Below are positions 29,989 through 40,119 of a DNA stretch of 64,000 nucleotides, piece after piece. Position 1 is the stretch's first letter; each line of letters starts with the position of its first letter. The DNA comes from Thermoanaerobaculaceae bacterium. Lineage in GTDB: Bacteria > Acidobacteriota > Thermoanaerobaculia > Multivoradales > UBA5704. The stretch lies in contig CAVZUZ010000010.1 of the NCBI GenBank assembly GCA_963778565.1, forward strand, positions 64,065 through 128,064, in the 5' to 3' direction. The notes beneath the pieces were generated by a model, which saw nothing but the letters and a program-made list of their open reading frames with translations, was not told where the DNA came from and did not search any database. Position numbers and translations under genes: made by a program.

Positions 29989-31215
29989 ATGGCTTCAGAA
30001 CGGCCCGCGCTGGACGGCCTGCGGATCGACCGCTCGCAGGTGGCGGAGAGCGGCGGGCGGGGGCGCCTGTGGATCGGCCTGATCGTCCTCCTGCTGGTGG
30101 CCGTCGCCGTGGTGTGGTGGTTTGCCCGGCCGCAGCCGGTGAAGGTCCGCGCCGTGGCCGCGGAAGCACGGACAGGCGGCGCCGCAGCGGCCGGCGCGGT
30201 GCTCAACGCCTCCGGCTACGTCACGGCCCGCCGCCAGGCGACCGTCTCCTCGAAGATCACCGGCAAGGTCACGGAAGTGCTGGTGGAGGAGGGGATGGAG
30301 ATCCGCGAGGGGCAGGTGCTCGCCCGCCTCGACGACGCCACCGCCAGCCGGCAGCTCGCTCTGGCCGAGGCGCGCCTCGGCTCGCAGCGGCGCTCCCTCA
30401 CCGAGACCGAGGTGCGGCTGCGCGAGGCGAAGCTCAACCAGCAGCGCATGCGGCGCCTGCTCGAGCAGGGAGTCACGACGCAGGCCCAGCTCGATACCGC
30501 CGACGCCGAGACCGACTCGCAGGCGGCGCGGCTCGACGTGGGGAGGCAGGAGGTGGCCGTCGCCGAGCGCGAGGTCTCCCTGCGGCGCCAGGACGTCGAG
30601 GACACCGTCATCCGCGCTCCGTTCGCCGGCGTCGCCGTGAGCAAGGACGCGCAGCCCGGCGAGATGATCTCGCCCGTCTCGGCCGGCGGCGGCTTCACCC
30701 GCACCGGCATCTGCACGCTGGTGGACATGAAGTCGCTGGAGATCGAGGTGGACGTCAACGAGAGCTACATCCAGCGGGTCAAGCCGGGCCAGCGCGCCAC
30801 GGCGACGCTCGACGCCTATCCCGAGTGGCAGATCCCCTCCCGCGTCATCATGCCGGTGCCCACGGCCGACCGGCAGAAGGCGACCGTACGGGTGCGCCTG
30901 GCGTTCGACGAGCTGGACCCCCGCATCCTGCCGGACATGGGCGTCAAGGTCGCCTTCCTCGGCGACGGGAGCGAGGCGACGGCGGCGGCCAGCCGGCCCG
31001 TGGTGGTGATTCCGCGCGCCGCGCTGCGCAAGGACGGCGACAAGGACGTCGTGTTCGTGATCAAGGGCGACCGCGTCGAGCGGCGGGCCGTGGGCCTGAG
31101 CCCGGCGCCCGGCGACGAAGCGATGGTGATCTCCGGCCTCGCGGCCGGCGAGCGGGTGGTGATCGAGGGACCCGCGGATTTGCAGGACGGGGCTGCGGTC
31201 TCGGTACAGGAATGA
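29989..31215 (+). CDS. HlyD/MacA-family periplasmic adaptor subunit
   Basis: N-terminal TM segment, a lipoyl/barrel-sandwich motif (ASGYV.A.R.A.VSSKITGKV.EVLVEEG), a long coiled-coil region, and the C-terminal block VFV...GD.VERR.V. Confidence 0.85.
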   Translation: MASERPALDGLRIDRSQVAESGGRGRLWIGLIVLLLVAVAVVWWFARPQPVKVRAVAAEARTGGAAAAGAVLNASGYVTARRQATVSSKITGKVTEVLVEEGMEIREGQVLARLDDATASRQLALAEARLGSQRRSLTETEVRLREAKLNQQRMRRLLEQGVTTQAQLDTADAETDSQAARLDVGRQEVAVAEREVSLRRQDVEDTVIRAPFAGVAVSKDAQPGEMISPVSAGGGFTRTGICTLVDMKSLEIEVDVNESYIQRVKPGQRATATLDAYPEWQIPSRVIMPVPTADRQKATVRVRLAFDELDPRILPDMGVKVAFLGDGSEATAAASRPVVVIPRAALRKDGDKDVVFVIKGDRVERRAVGLSPAPGDEAMVISGLAAGERVVIEGPADLQDGAAVSVQE

Positions 31216-31217
31216 TC

Positions 31218-31330
31218 TCACCCCTGGCCCGGCGCTCCCGCACCGGGCTAGCGAGACGTCGCTTCTCTGAAGCGAATCGCCCTCTGGGCGACGTTTGGGT
31301 AGCCCGGTGCGGAAGCGCCGGGCGGGGTGA
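31218..31330. repeat. Family-B structured palindromic element (copy B1)
   Basis: Outer arms GCCCGGCGCTCCCGCACCGGGCTA / TAGCCCGGTGCGGAAGCGCCGGGC enclose two small hairpins (GTCGCTTC-TCT-GAAGCGA and TCGCCC-TCT-GGGCGA). A second copy lies at 39918. Confidence 0.65.
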
Positions 31331-31360
31331 AGCAAGGACGATCATGCTAGGAGGCAGAGG

Positions 31361-32057
31361 ATGGAGCAGAACGGCACTTTGGTCCGCGTCCGGGACGTCC
31401 ACAAGGAATACCGCCGCGGCAGCGAGCGGATCGACGTCCTCCAGGGCATCAACCTCGAGATCCCGCAGGGAGACTTCCTCGCCCTCATGGGTCCCTCGGG
31501 ATCGGGGAAGACGACGCTGCTCAATTTGATCGGCGGGCTCGACCGGCCTACCGCGGGCGGCGTGGAGGTCGCGGGCGAGCCCGTCAGCCGGCTCTCCGAC
31601 GGCCAGCTCGCCAAGTGGCGGGCGCGCCACGTCGGGCTTCGTCTTCCAGTTCTACAACCTGCTGCCGGTGCTCAGCGCCGAGCGGAACGTCGAGCTGCCG
31701 CTGCTGCTGACCGGGCTCTCGGCGGCGCAGCGCAAGCAGCACGTGGCCACGGCCCTCGGCGTCGTCGGCCTCGCCGACCGCGCCCGGCACTATCCGCGAC
31801 AGCTCTCCGGCGGCCAGGAGCAGCGCGTCGGCATCGCCCGCGCCATCGTCACCGACCCGACGCTGCTGCTCTGCGACGAGCCGACCGGCGACCTCGACCG
31901 CAAGTCCGGCGACGAGATCCTCGACCTCCTGCAGGCGCTCAACCGCGATCACGGCAAGACCATCATCATGGTCACCCACGATCCGCACGCCGCCGCCCGC
32001 GCCCGGCGCATCCTGTATCTCGACAAGGGCGCCCTCGTCTCGGAGCTGGCGGCATGA
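31361..32057 (+). pseudogene. MacB-type ABC transporter ATP-binding protein with one frameshift near 31630
   Basis: Walker [10 protein letters not shown]; then the frame is lost at ...[22 protein letters not shown]..., signature LSGGQEQRV and Walker [13 protein letters not shown] read in track ORF 31668..32057. Confidence 0.85.
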
Positions 32058-33210
32058 AGTACTTCTACCTGGTTTGGAAGAACCTCTGGCGCCGCAAGCT
32101 GCGGACCTTCCTGACGGTGCTGTCGACGATGGTCGCCTTCGTGCTGTTCGCTCTCCTGGCGGCCGTGCGCACGGGTTTCCTGGCCGGCGTCGACGTCAGC
32201 GGCGTGGACCGGCTGATGGTCACCCACAAGATCACCATCATCCTGCCGCTGCCGGTTTCCTACCAGGAGCGCATCAAGGCGGTGTCCGGCGTCGAGGAGG
32301 TGACCCACGCCACCTGGTTCGGCGGCATCTACCAGGATCCGAAGAACTTCTTCGGGCAGATGGCGGTCGACCCCGAGACGTTCCTCGCCCTCTATCCCGA
32401 GTATCGCCTGCCGGAGGCGCAGAAGAAGGCCTGGTTCGCGGACCGCGCCGGCGCCATCGTCGGTCGCGCGACGGCGGATCGCTTCGGCTGGAAGGTCGGC
32501 GACCGGATCCCCCTCGACGCGCCCTGGCCGCGCAAGGACGGCACGAGGCTTTGGACCTTCAACCTGGTGGCCATCTACGACGGGGCGCAGAAGGAGACCG
32601 ACACCACCTCGCATGTACTTCCATGGCGACTACTTCCGGGAGGCCGTCGCGTACAACTCCGGCATCGTCGGCTGGTACATCATCCGCATCGCCGATGCGG
32701 ACAATTCAGACGCCGATCGGGCGCAAGATCGACGCCATGTTCGCCAACTCGCCGGCGGAGACGAAGACCCAGACCGAGAAGGAGATGGCCAAGTCCTTCG
32801 CCAACCAGATCGGCGACATCGGCACCCTGGTGACGTGGATCGTCGCGGCGGTCTTCCTGACGCTGCTCCTCGTGGTGGGCAACACCATGGCGCTGTCGAT
32901 CCGCGAGCGCACGGGCGAGCTGGCGGTGCTCAAGACCCTCGGCTTCACCCACACCCAGATGCTGGTGCTGGTGCTCGCCGAGTCGTGCGCGGCGTCGTTG
33001 TTCGGCGCCGTCCTCGGGCTTTCCTTCGCGCTGGCCGTGATCCCCTGGATGGCCGTGATGATGCAGCGATTCCTGCCGGTCTTCTTCGTGCCGGCGCGAG
33101 ACGTCGCGCTCGGCGTCGTGCTGGCGCTGCTGCTCGGCCTGGCGGCGGGGCTGCCGCCGGCCCTGCAGGCCATGCGGCTGCGCATCGTCGACGCTCTGCG
33201 GAGGGTGTGA
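32054..33210 (+). pseudogene. FtsX/MacB-type ABC permease 1 with two frameshifts (near 32610 and 32700)
   Basis: [24 protein letters not shown] is a typical FtsX-family N-terminus. The middle segment MYFHGDYFREAV... and the C-terminal FtsX domain (...LAVLKTLGFT...) sit in other frames (tracks 32613.., 32074..33210). Confidence 0.8.
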
Positions 33211-33212
33211 TC

Positions 33213-34406
33213 ATGTTGAAATGGTTCTCCCAGGTAGCGGCTCTGACTCTCGCTCAACGTGCGCACGCTCGGCCAGCGCCGCGGCTCCGCGCTGTCGACC
33301 GTCGTGGGAGTGGCGGGCGTCGTGGCCGTCTTCGTGGCCCTGCTCTCGATCGGCGAGGGATTCCGCGCCACCCTCGACGCCACCGGCTCTCCCGAAGGCG
33401 CCCTGGTGCTGCGCAGCGGCAGCAGACAGCGAGATGATGAGCGGCATGGGGCGCGACGACACGCGCATCATCGCCGAGGCTCCCGGCGTCGCCCGCGCCG
33501 CGTCGGGGCCGCTCGCCTCGGCCGAGCTCTTCGTGATCGTCGACGCGCCCAAGCGCTCGACCGGCACCGACGCCAACGTGCCCCTGCGCGGCGTGCAGCC
33601 GGCGGCCTTCGAGGTGCGGAGCAACTTCAAGATGATCGCCGGCCGGCGCTTCGAGCCCGGCAGGAACGAGATCATCGTCGGCAAGGCGGCGGCCGAGCAG
33701 TTCGGGGGTCTCGACATGGGCAGCCGGCTGCGCTGGGGTCAGAACCAGTGGTCCGTGGTCGGCATCTTCACCGACGGCGGCAGCCTGTCGGAGTCCGAGA
33801 TCTGGTGCGACGCCGGCGTTCTGCAGCCGGCCTACCGGCGCGGCAACTCCTTCCAGTCCGTGAGGGCCAAGCTGGAGTCTCCGGAGGCCTTCACGGCCTT
33901 CAAGGACGCGCTCACCGCCGATCCCCGCCTCGAGGTCCAGGTGTTGCGGGAGAGCGACTACTACGCCGGGCAGTCGGAGGCGCTCACCCTGATGGTCCGC
34001 ATCCTGGGCGGATTCATCACCGCATTGATGGCCCTCGGCGCCATCTTCGGCGCGCTCAACACCATGTACAACGCCGTGGCCGCGCGCACGCGGGAGATCG
34101 CGACGCTTGCGCGCCCTCGGGTTCAGCCGCTCGCCGGTCGTGCTGTCGGTCCTCGGCGAATCGCTGGTGCTGGCGGTGGCCGGCGCTGCGATCGGCGCGA
34201 CCGTGGCCTATGTGGCCTTCAACGGCTTCCGCACCTCGACGTTGAACTGGCAGAGCTTCAGCCAGGTGGCCTTCGCCTTCAAGGTGACGCCGCCGCTGCT
34301 GGTGATGGGAGCGGCCATCGCGCTGGCGATCGGCCTGATCGGCGGCCTGCTGCCGGCCATCCGCGCGGCGCGTTTGCCGGTGGCGACGGCGTTGCGGGAG
34401 CTGTAG
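33213..34406 (+). pseudogene. FtsX/MacB-type ABC permease 2 with at least three frameshifts
   Basis: Pieces in three frames: MLKWFSQVAALTL; NVRTLGQRRGSALSTVVGVAGVVAV (track 33259..); the periplasmic domain (track 33221..34456); and the final FtsX helices RALGFSRSPVVLSVLGESL... (track 34107..34406). Confidence 0.8.
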
Positions 34407-34449
34407 GCAGAGGGCGGCTCGCCGTACGCGGATCGCCGCCGGCCGTCGC

Positions 34450-35270
34450 GCCATGACGGTCTATATCCGCACACGGCGGGCCCGCGTAGTGCGACGGCGA
34501 GCTGTATTCGGGCGAAGGCGCTTTGCCGTACCTCTACGGCGGGTCCTTGTACCGCGACAGCGGCTTGTATAGTCGTACGACGAGCCACCGTAGCGGGACG
34601 GCGGGTTGTATCCGCGTACGCCGAACCGCCGTACCGGTACGGCGAGCTGTATCCGCGGGCGATGAGCTTCCGCACCACGACGGCGAGGCGCCGTACCGCG
34701 ACAACGTGTTGTATCCCCAGACAGCGGACCGTCGTACTGCGATGACGCGCTGTATCCCCGGACAGCGGTTTGCCGTACCACGACGACGATCCGTATCCCG
34801 CTACGACGAGCCGTCGTATAGCGAACCGAAGAGCCCTCGCGGGTACGCCGGCCCGTCGTACAGGGATATGGAACGCCGTCGCACTACACCGGCCCGCCGT
34901 CTGCGGATACAGACCGCCGTCGCGATACGGCGTCTCACCTTCGCGGTACGGCGTGCCGTCGCCACGGGATGCAAACCGCTGTCGCGGTACGGCGGCCCGT
35001 CGTACGCCTATACAAGGCGCTGTCGCGATACAACGTCCTGCCGTAGGGGTACGGCAATTCGCTGCGGCAGGATGCAAACCGTCGTACCCTTACGACAGCT
35101 CGTCGTACGCGGATGCAGATCGCCGTCGCGGTACGGCGGTTCATCATCGCGATACGGCGATACGGTGCCGCAGGATACAGTGCGCCGCCGTGGTACGGCG
35201 GCTCGCAGTCTACGGATATAGCACGGTATCGCGGTACGACGGCTTGTCGCGGGAGGGCGAAGGGTCATCC
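34450..35270. repeat. Degenerate 41-nt-period palindrome-rich repeat array arranged as two head-to-head blocks
   Basis: TGTATCC-type anchors at 34493, 34556, 34597, 34638, 34700, 34741 and 34782, with spacings of 41 or 62-63 nt. Reverse-complement anchors GGATACA/GGATGCA at 34895, 34957, 35060, 35101, 35163 and 35204, with spacings of 41, 62 and 103 nt. Perfect palindromes include CGCCGTACCGGTACGGCG (34617-34634). Confidence 0.75.
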
Positions 35271-35447
35271 TCTCAGGATGCACTTCGCGGTCGCGTTGCG
35301 ACGGCACGCCGGCTAAGGATACCGGCCGTGGTCTCGGATAGACGCGTCAGCGTCTGAAGCTTGGTCCCTACGTTAGGAGACTCGACCGCCGTCTCTGAGG
35401 GGGCTCGGCGCCGTGCGGTTGACCCGTACCGACGAGCGTAATACAGT

Positions 35448-35720
35448 ATGACAATGAGCAGAGCAGGGAAGGCTTCCGCCGTGCTCAACATCCGCATCGA
35501 TGCCGGTCTCACCCGCTCCCTCGCGCGCGAGGCGCGTCGGCGCCGCAAGACCAAGAGCGAAGTTGCACGCGAAATCCTCGCCGCCGGTCTGGGCGAGGGA
35601 GAAAACACCGACCTCGCGCAAGAGGCTCGCCGTCAATCGCTTCTGGTCAGCCGCCGCCGGTCGGAGAGAGAAACTCTCGAGCTCATCGAACAGGCTGCGG
35701 ACACCCGAGGCTGGAAATGA
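35448..35720 (+). CDS. Ribbon-helix-helix (CopG-like) antitoxin
   Basis: The N-terminal pattern VLNIRIDAGLTRSLAREARRRRKTKSEVAREIL fits an RHH fold. Its stop overlaps the toxin ATG (ATGA). Confidence 0.7.
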   Translation: MTMSRAGKASAVLNIRIDAGLTRSLAREARRRRKTKSEVAREILAAGLGEGENTDLAQEARRQSLLVSRRRSERETLELIEQAADTRGWK

Positions 35721-36046
35721 AGCGCGGCGCCATCGTCGTCGTGGCGGCGAGAGGCGCATACACTGGCAAGCCCCGTCCGGCGCTCGTCGTGCAGTCGGAT
35801 CTGTTCAATCCCACGCACCGGAGCATCACGGTCTGTCCGATCACGTCAGACTGCGTCGATGCGCCCCTCTTCCGCATCCCTCTGCCGCCCGGCGAACGCA
35901 CCGGGCTGCGCACCGTCTCCCAGATCATGATCGACAAGATCGTCAGCGTGCCTCGTTCCGCCATCACCGCGGAGATCGGCGGGTGCGACGACGCCGACTT
36001 GGAAGCGGTTGAGGACGCCCTGCGTCGTTGGCTGGAACTGGACTGA
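35717..36046 (+). CDS. PemK/MazF-family type II toxin
   Basis: MKRGAIVVV.....YTGKPRPALVVQSD......SITVCPITS......LFRI.L.P....GL...S.IM.DKI..V. Confidence 0.8.
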   Translation: MKRGAIVVVAARGAYTGKPRPALVVQSDLFNPTHRSITVCPITSDCVDAPLFRIPLPPGERTGLRTVSQIMIDKIVSVPRSAITAEIGGCDDADLEAVEDALRRWLELD

Positions 36047-36141
36047 TCCGGCTCCAAGCCCAGCTTCTCCGCGTAGAACTTCCTGGCCCTCTCCAGATCC
36101 TGCACCGGAATCCTGGTCGCGACGTCACTGTCTTTGAGCAT
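36046..36141 (-). pseudogene. N-terminal remnant (~32 aa) of a VOC/glyoxalase-family gene
   Basis: MLKDSDVATRIPVQDLERARKFYAEKLGLEP is a typical first beta-alpha-beta unit of VOC proteins. Downstream, the frame becomes antisense of the mazF-like gene. Confidence 0.4.
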
Positions 36142-36197
36142 GTCCGGTCTCCTGCTGGTAGGTCCCGTGCTGGATTCTCTGTGTGTCTCAGCAGCGC

Positions 36198-36225
36198 TTG
36201 ACTTTTGTATCCAAAAGGATACAAT
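36198..36225 (+). promoter_or_regulatory. Sigma-70-like promoter with an embedded perfect palindromic operator for the HigBA-like module
   Basis: TTGACT (36198-36203), a 16-nt spacer, then TACAAT (36220-36225). The palindrome TGTATCC-AAAA-GGATACA (36206-36223) spans the spacer and the -10 box. The ATG at 36232 is only 6 nt past the -10 box, so the mRNA may be leaderless. Confidence 0.5.
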
Positions 36226-36231
36226 CTGTCG

Positions 36232-36534
36232 ATGCTCACTGTTCGCCTCACTGAGGAGTTTGAGCAGTGGCTCGACGGTCTGTCAGACAAACGTGCGCAA
36301 GTTCGAATCGCTGCCCGCCTGCGCATGGCCGAAGCCGGGAACCTCGGCGATTGGGTTTCTGTGGGCGGCGAGGTGTCGGAGATGAGAGTCCATTTCGGCC
36401 CAGGTTACCGACTCTACTTCACCCGCCGTGGGGCTGTCCTCATCGTAATGCTTGCGGGAGGCGACAAGTCCACGCAGCAGCGTGACATCAAGAGAGCCCA
36501 TCGTATAGCCAATGAGCTAGGAGCGGAACCATGA
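36232..36534 (+). CDS. RelE/ParE-superfamily addiction-module killer protein (HigB-like)
   Basis: FEQWLDGLSD.RAQVRIAARL.....GNLGD...VG.GVSEMR...GPGYRLYF...G..LI.ML.GGDKSTQ..DI..A matches the 'addiction module killer' pattern. Confidence 0.8.
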   Translation: MLTVRLTEEFEQWLDGLSDKRAQVRIAARLRMAEAGNLGDWVSVGGEVSEMRVHFGPGYRLYFTRRGAVLIVMLAGGDKSTQQRDIKRAHRIANELGAEP

Positions 36535-36830
36535 CTAAAACTAAAAATCCTCGAAAGCTTCTTCCCTTTGACGCCGCACGTTACCTGACCGATGACGCTG
36601 CGATCGCCGAGTACATGAATGCAGTACTCGAAGCGAATGATCCCGATCTACTGCTACTCGCTCTCGGCGATATCGCCCGCGCCCGCGGAATAGCGCATAT
36701 CGCCAAAGAGACCGGCCTCGGCCGTGAAAGCCTCTACAAAGCCCTTACGCCCGGCGCAAAGCCGCGCTTCGACACGGTATTCAAGGTAGCCCGCGCACTC
36801 GGGGTCAAGTTCTCGGCACAGGTAGGGTAA
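36531..36830 (+). CDS. HigA-family addiction-module antidote protein (XRE-type HTH)
   Basis: FDAARYL.D.AAIAEY.NA.LE.NDP.LLL.ALGDIARARG...IAKETGL.RESLYKAL....KP.F.TV.KV..ALG. Overlaps the toxin stop (ATGA). Confidence 0.8.
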   Translation: MTKTKNPRKLLPFDAARYLTDDAAIAEYMNAVLEANDPDLLLLALGDIARARGIAHIAKETGLGRESLYKALTPGAKPRFDTVFKVARALGVKFSAQVG

Positions 36831-36895
36831 GCGCCGCGCGCAGTCCAAGCGTACGTGCCCTGACAGGTATATGCCTGCTGAGGTATATTGCGCCT

Positions 36896-37210
36896 ATGGA
36901 CGCAGACGCCTTCACCGTCCTCGCCGAGCCGACGCGGCGCCGGATCCTCGATGAGCTGAGGGTCTCCGAGCGCAGCGTCGGCGATCTGGTCGACAAGCTC
37001 GACCTCGCTCAGCCGGCCGTGTCCAAACATCTCAAGGTGTTGCGCGACTCGGGTTTCGTCTCGTGCCGCACCGCCGCGCAGCAGCGGATTTACCGCATCG
37101 AGCCCCGGCCCCTCCGGAGCGTGGACGCCTGGCTCGCGCCCTACCGCCGGCTGTGGACGAAGCACCTCGATGCCCTCGAAAAACACCTCGACGAACAGGA
37201 GCCGACATGA
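36896..37210 (+). CDS. ArsR/SmtB-family transcriptional regulator
   Basis: F.VLAEPTRRRILDEL...ERSVGDLV..L.L.QPAVSKHLKVLR.SGFV is the ArsR wHTH signature. Confidence 0.85.
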   Translation: MDADAFTVLAEPTRRRILDELRVSERSVGDLVDKLDLAQPAVSKHLKVLRDSGFVSCRTAAQQRIYRIEPRPLRSVDAWLAPYRRLWTKHLDALEKHLDEQEPT

Positions 37211-37773
37211 ACCCGCAGGATTTCGATCCCGGACCGCTCGCCGAAGTCGAGCACCGCACCGAGGACGGGCGTTCGACGCTCGTCTTCACCCGCCATCTCC
37301 GCCACTCGCCCGCCAAGGTGTGGGCCGCGCTGACCGATCCCGAGCAGCTCCGCCAGTGGGCGCCGTTCGAGCCCGACCGCGATCTCGCGACGACCGGTCC
37401 GGCGGTGCTGCGCATGACCGACGGCCAGACCATCGAAGAGTTCCCGGCGAACGTCCGCCGCGCCGTCGATCCCGAGCTGCTCGAGTACACATGGGGCGAC
37501 GATCTGCTGCGCTGGGAGCTCGCGCCGGACGGCACCGGAACCCGATTGACCCTGCACCACAACGTCGAGAGCCCCGACTGGCTGCCGCGCGTCGCGGCAG
37601 GCTGGCACCTCTGCCTGGTCGTCGCCGAGCACCTGCTCGACGGTGAGCCGATCGGCCCGATCGTCGGCGCCGAGGCGAAGAAGTACGGGTGGGACAAGCT
37701 GCACGACGCCTACGCGGCGACGCTGGGGATCGCCGGGAAGGGGTGGCCGGAGGAGGTCTTTCCGGAAGCGTGA
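37207..37773 (+). CDS. SRPBCC (Aha1/START-like) superfamily protein
   Basis: ATG overlaps the ArsR stop. SPAKVWAALTDPEQLRQW and the overall size fit the AHSA1-type proteins commonly paired with ArsR. Confidence 0.7.
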   Translation: MNPQDFDPGPLAEVEHRTEDGRSTLVFTRHLRHSPAKVWAALTDPEQLRQWAPFEPDRDLATTGPAVLRMTDGQTIEEFPANVRRAVDPELLEYTWGDDLLRWELAPDGTGTRLTLHHNVESPDWLPRVAAGWHLCLVVAEHLLDGEPIGPIVGAEAKKYGWDKLHDAYAATLGIAGKGWPEEVFPEA

Positions 37774-37886
37774 CGCAGCGCGTGCCGGAAATCTGATCGC
37801 CCGCCCCGGATTCTACCTAGCGGGTCTCGATCAGTATCCTTGAGCGGCAGTCCAGGCTCCGTCAAAGTCGCCGTGAATTCCAAATT

Positions 37887-37956
37887 CCGATCCGACCGGT
37901 ACCTTCAGCTCAGCATCGGCGCGGTGACGCTGAGCTGAAGGCACCGTCGGGATCGG
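37887..37956. repeat. Long imperfect hairpin (28-nt arms, 14-nt loop) between the SRPBCC gene and gltA
   Basis: CCGATCCGACCGGTACCTTCAGCTCAGC (37887-37914) pairs with GCTGAGCTGAAGGCACCGTCGGGATCGG (37929-37956). No U-tract follows. Confidence 0.55.
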
Positions 37957-38093
37957 ACTCACCAGGTTCCCGCGACTTTTGACGAGTCCCTGAGCCGCTG
38001 CCCTCGTTACCTTGCGTGCCCGAGCAGGCGGGGGATACAATCCGGCAGGGTGCTCCCTTCTCCGGAGCATCCGTGCGGCCGAGGGGAGCGGGT

Positions 38094-39434
<1,341 letters not shown>

Positions 39435-39500
39435 GGGGCCTTCGCCTCAGCCTACGGCTTCCGCCGCGGGCTGCTGAGACGTCGCCCAGAAGACATCTCT

Positions 39501-39872
39501 CTATTTCCGGTGAAACCAGCCGTGAATCCGGTCGTGGGCCCGGTCGCGGAAGTGCTCGACCCGATGCCAGAGGTGCGGCCAACGGCCGAGAAGGCGGCGC
39601 AGTCCCCGGTAGACCAACTCGTTGTCGAGGGATAACAGGGCGGCCCCGGCGAGGATGGTGATGATCCCTTGAAGACCGGGCAGGACCAGTCCTGCCACTC
39701 CCACCAGGATCAGCACCCAGCCGGCGGCGAAGATCGCGATGCGGGCGCCCATGGAAAACGGCCGGTGGCGCGCGATGCGGATCTCCAGGGGCAAGCACTC
39801 ATGCTTGTCAACGAGGGGCTCTGCTGCCTCGACCTCGGGGGGGCGCTCGAAGTTATTTGTTTCCATTTTCAT
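39501..39872 (-). CDS. PGPGW-domain small membrane protein
   Basis: Two TM helices carrying the [13 protein letters not shown] motif (PGPGW-type). Confidence 0.65.
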   Translation of the reverse strand: MKMETNNFERPPEVEAAEPLVDKHECLPLEIRIARHRPFSMGARIAIFAAGWVLILVGVAGLVLPGLQGIITILAGAALLSLDNELVYRGLRRLLGRWPHLWHRVEHFRDRAHDRIHGWFHRK

Positions 39873-39917
39873 CCGAACACCGTGGCGCCGCGCGTCCGCC
39901 GAGCCGGCAGGAGTGTA

Positions 39918-40040
39918 TCACCCCGTGCCCGGCGCTTCCGCACCGGGCTACTGAGACGTCGCTTCTCTGAAGCGACGAGGCTATTACCGATCGCCCCTGA
40001 GGGCGACGTTTCGATAGCCCGGTGCGGAAGCGCCGGGCAC
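39918..40040. repeat. Family-B structured palindromic element (copy B2)
   Basis: GCCCGGCGCTTCCGCACCGGGCTA ... TAGCCCGGTGCGGAAGCGCCGGGC encloses GTCGCTTC-TCT-GAAGCGAC and TCGCCC-CTGA-GGGCGA. The linker between the inner hairpins is 14 nt longer than in B1. Confidence 0.65.
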
Positions 40041-40092
40041 TCTTCTGCCGCAGTTGACAAACAGGACCAGCGGGGTCCAGAATAGGACCGCC

Positions 40093-40113
40093 TATTGAGA
40101 CGCGATCTCAATA
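40093..40113 (+). promoter_or_regulatory. Perfect 8-bp inverted repeat (TATTGAGA-N5-TCTCAATA); candidate Fur-type operator
   Basis: An AT-rich palindrome in an otherwise GC-rich region, 7 nt upstream of the fur ATG (40120) and about 35 nt downstream of a TTGACA hexamer (40054-40059). Confidence 0.35.
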
Positions 40114-40119
40114 AACTGG

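Noticed and set aside
34450-35270. Possible CRISPR array
   Set aside because: The units are degenerate with no exact repeat/unique spacer alternation. The orientation flips mid-array, and there are no cas genes in the window.
34208-35357. Several overlapping 90-290-aa ORFs on both strands within the repeat array
   Set aside because: All six frames are open because the repeat lacks stop triplets. The 41-nt period is not a multiple of 3, and the translations are repetitive Arg/Tyr/Gly nonsense.
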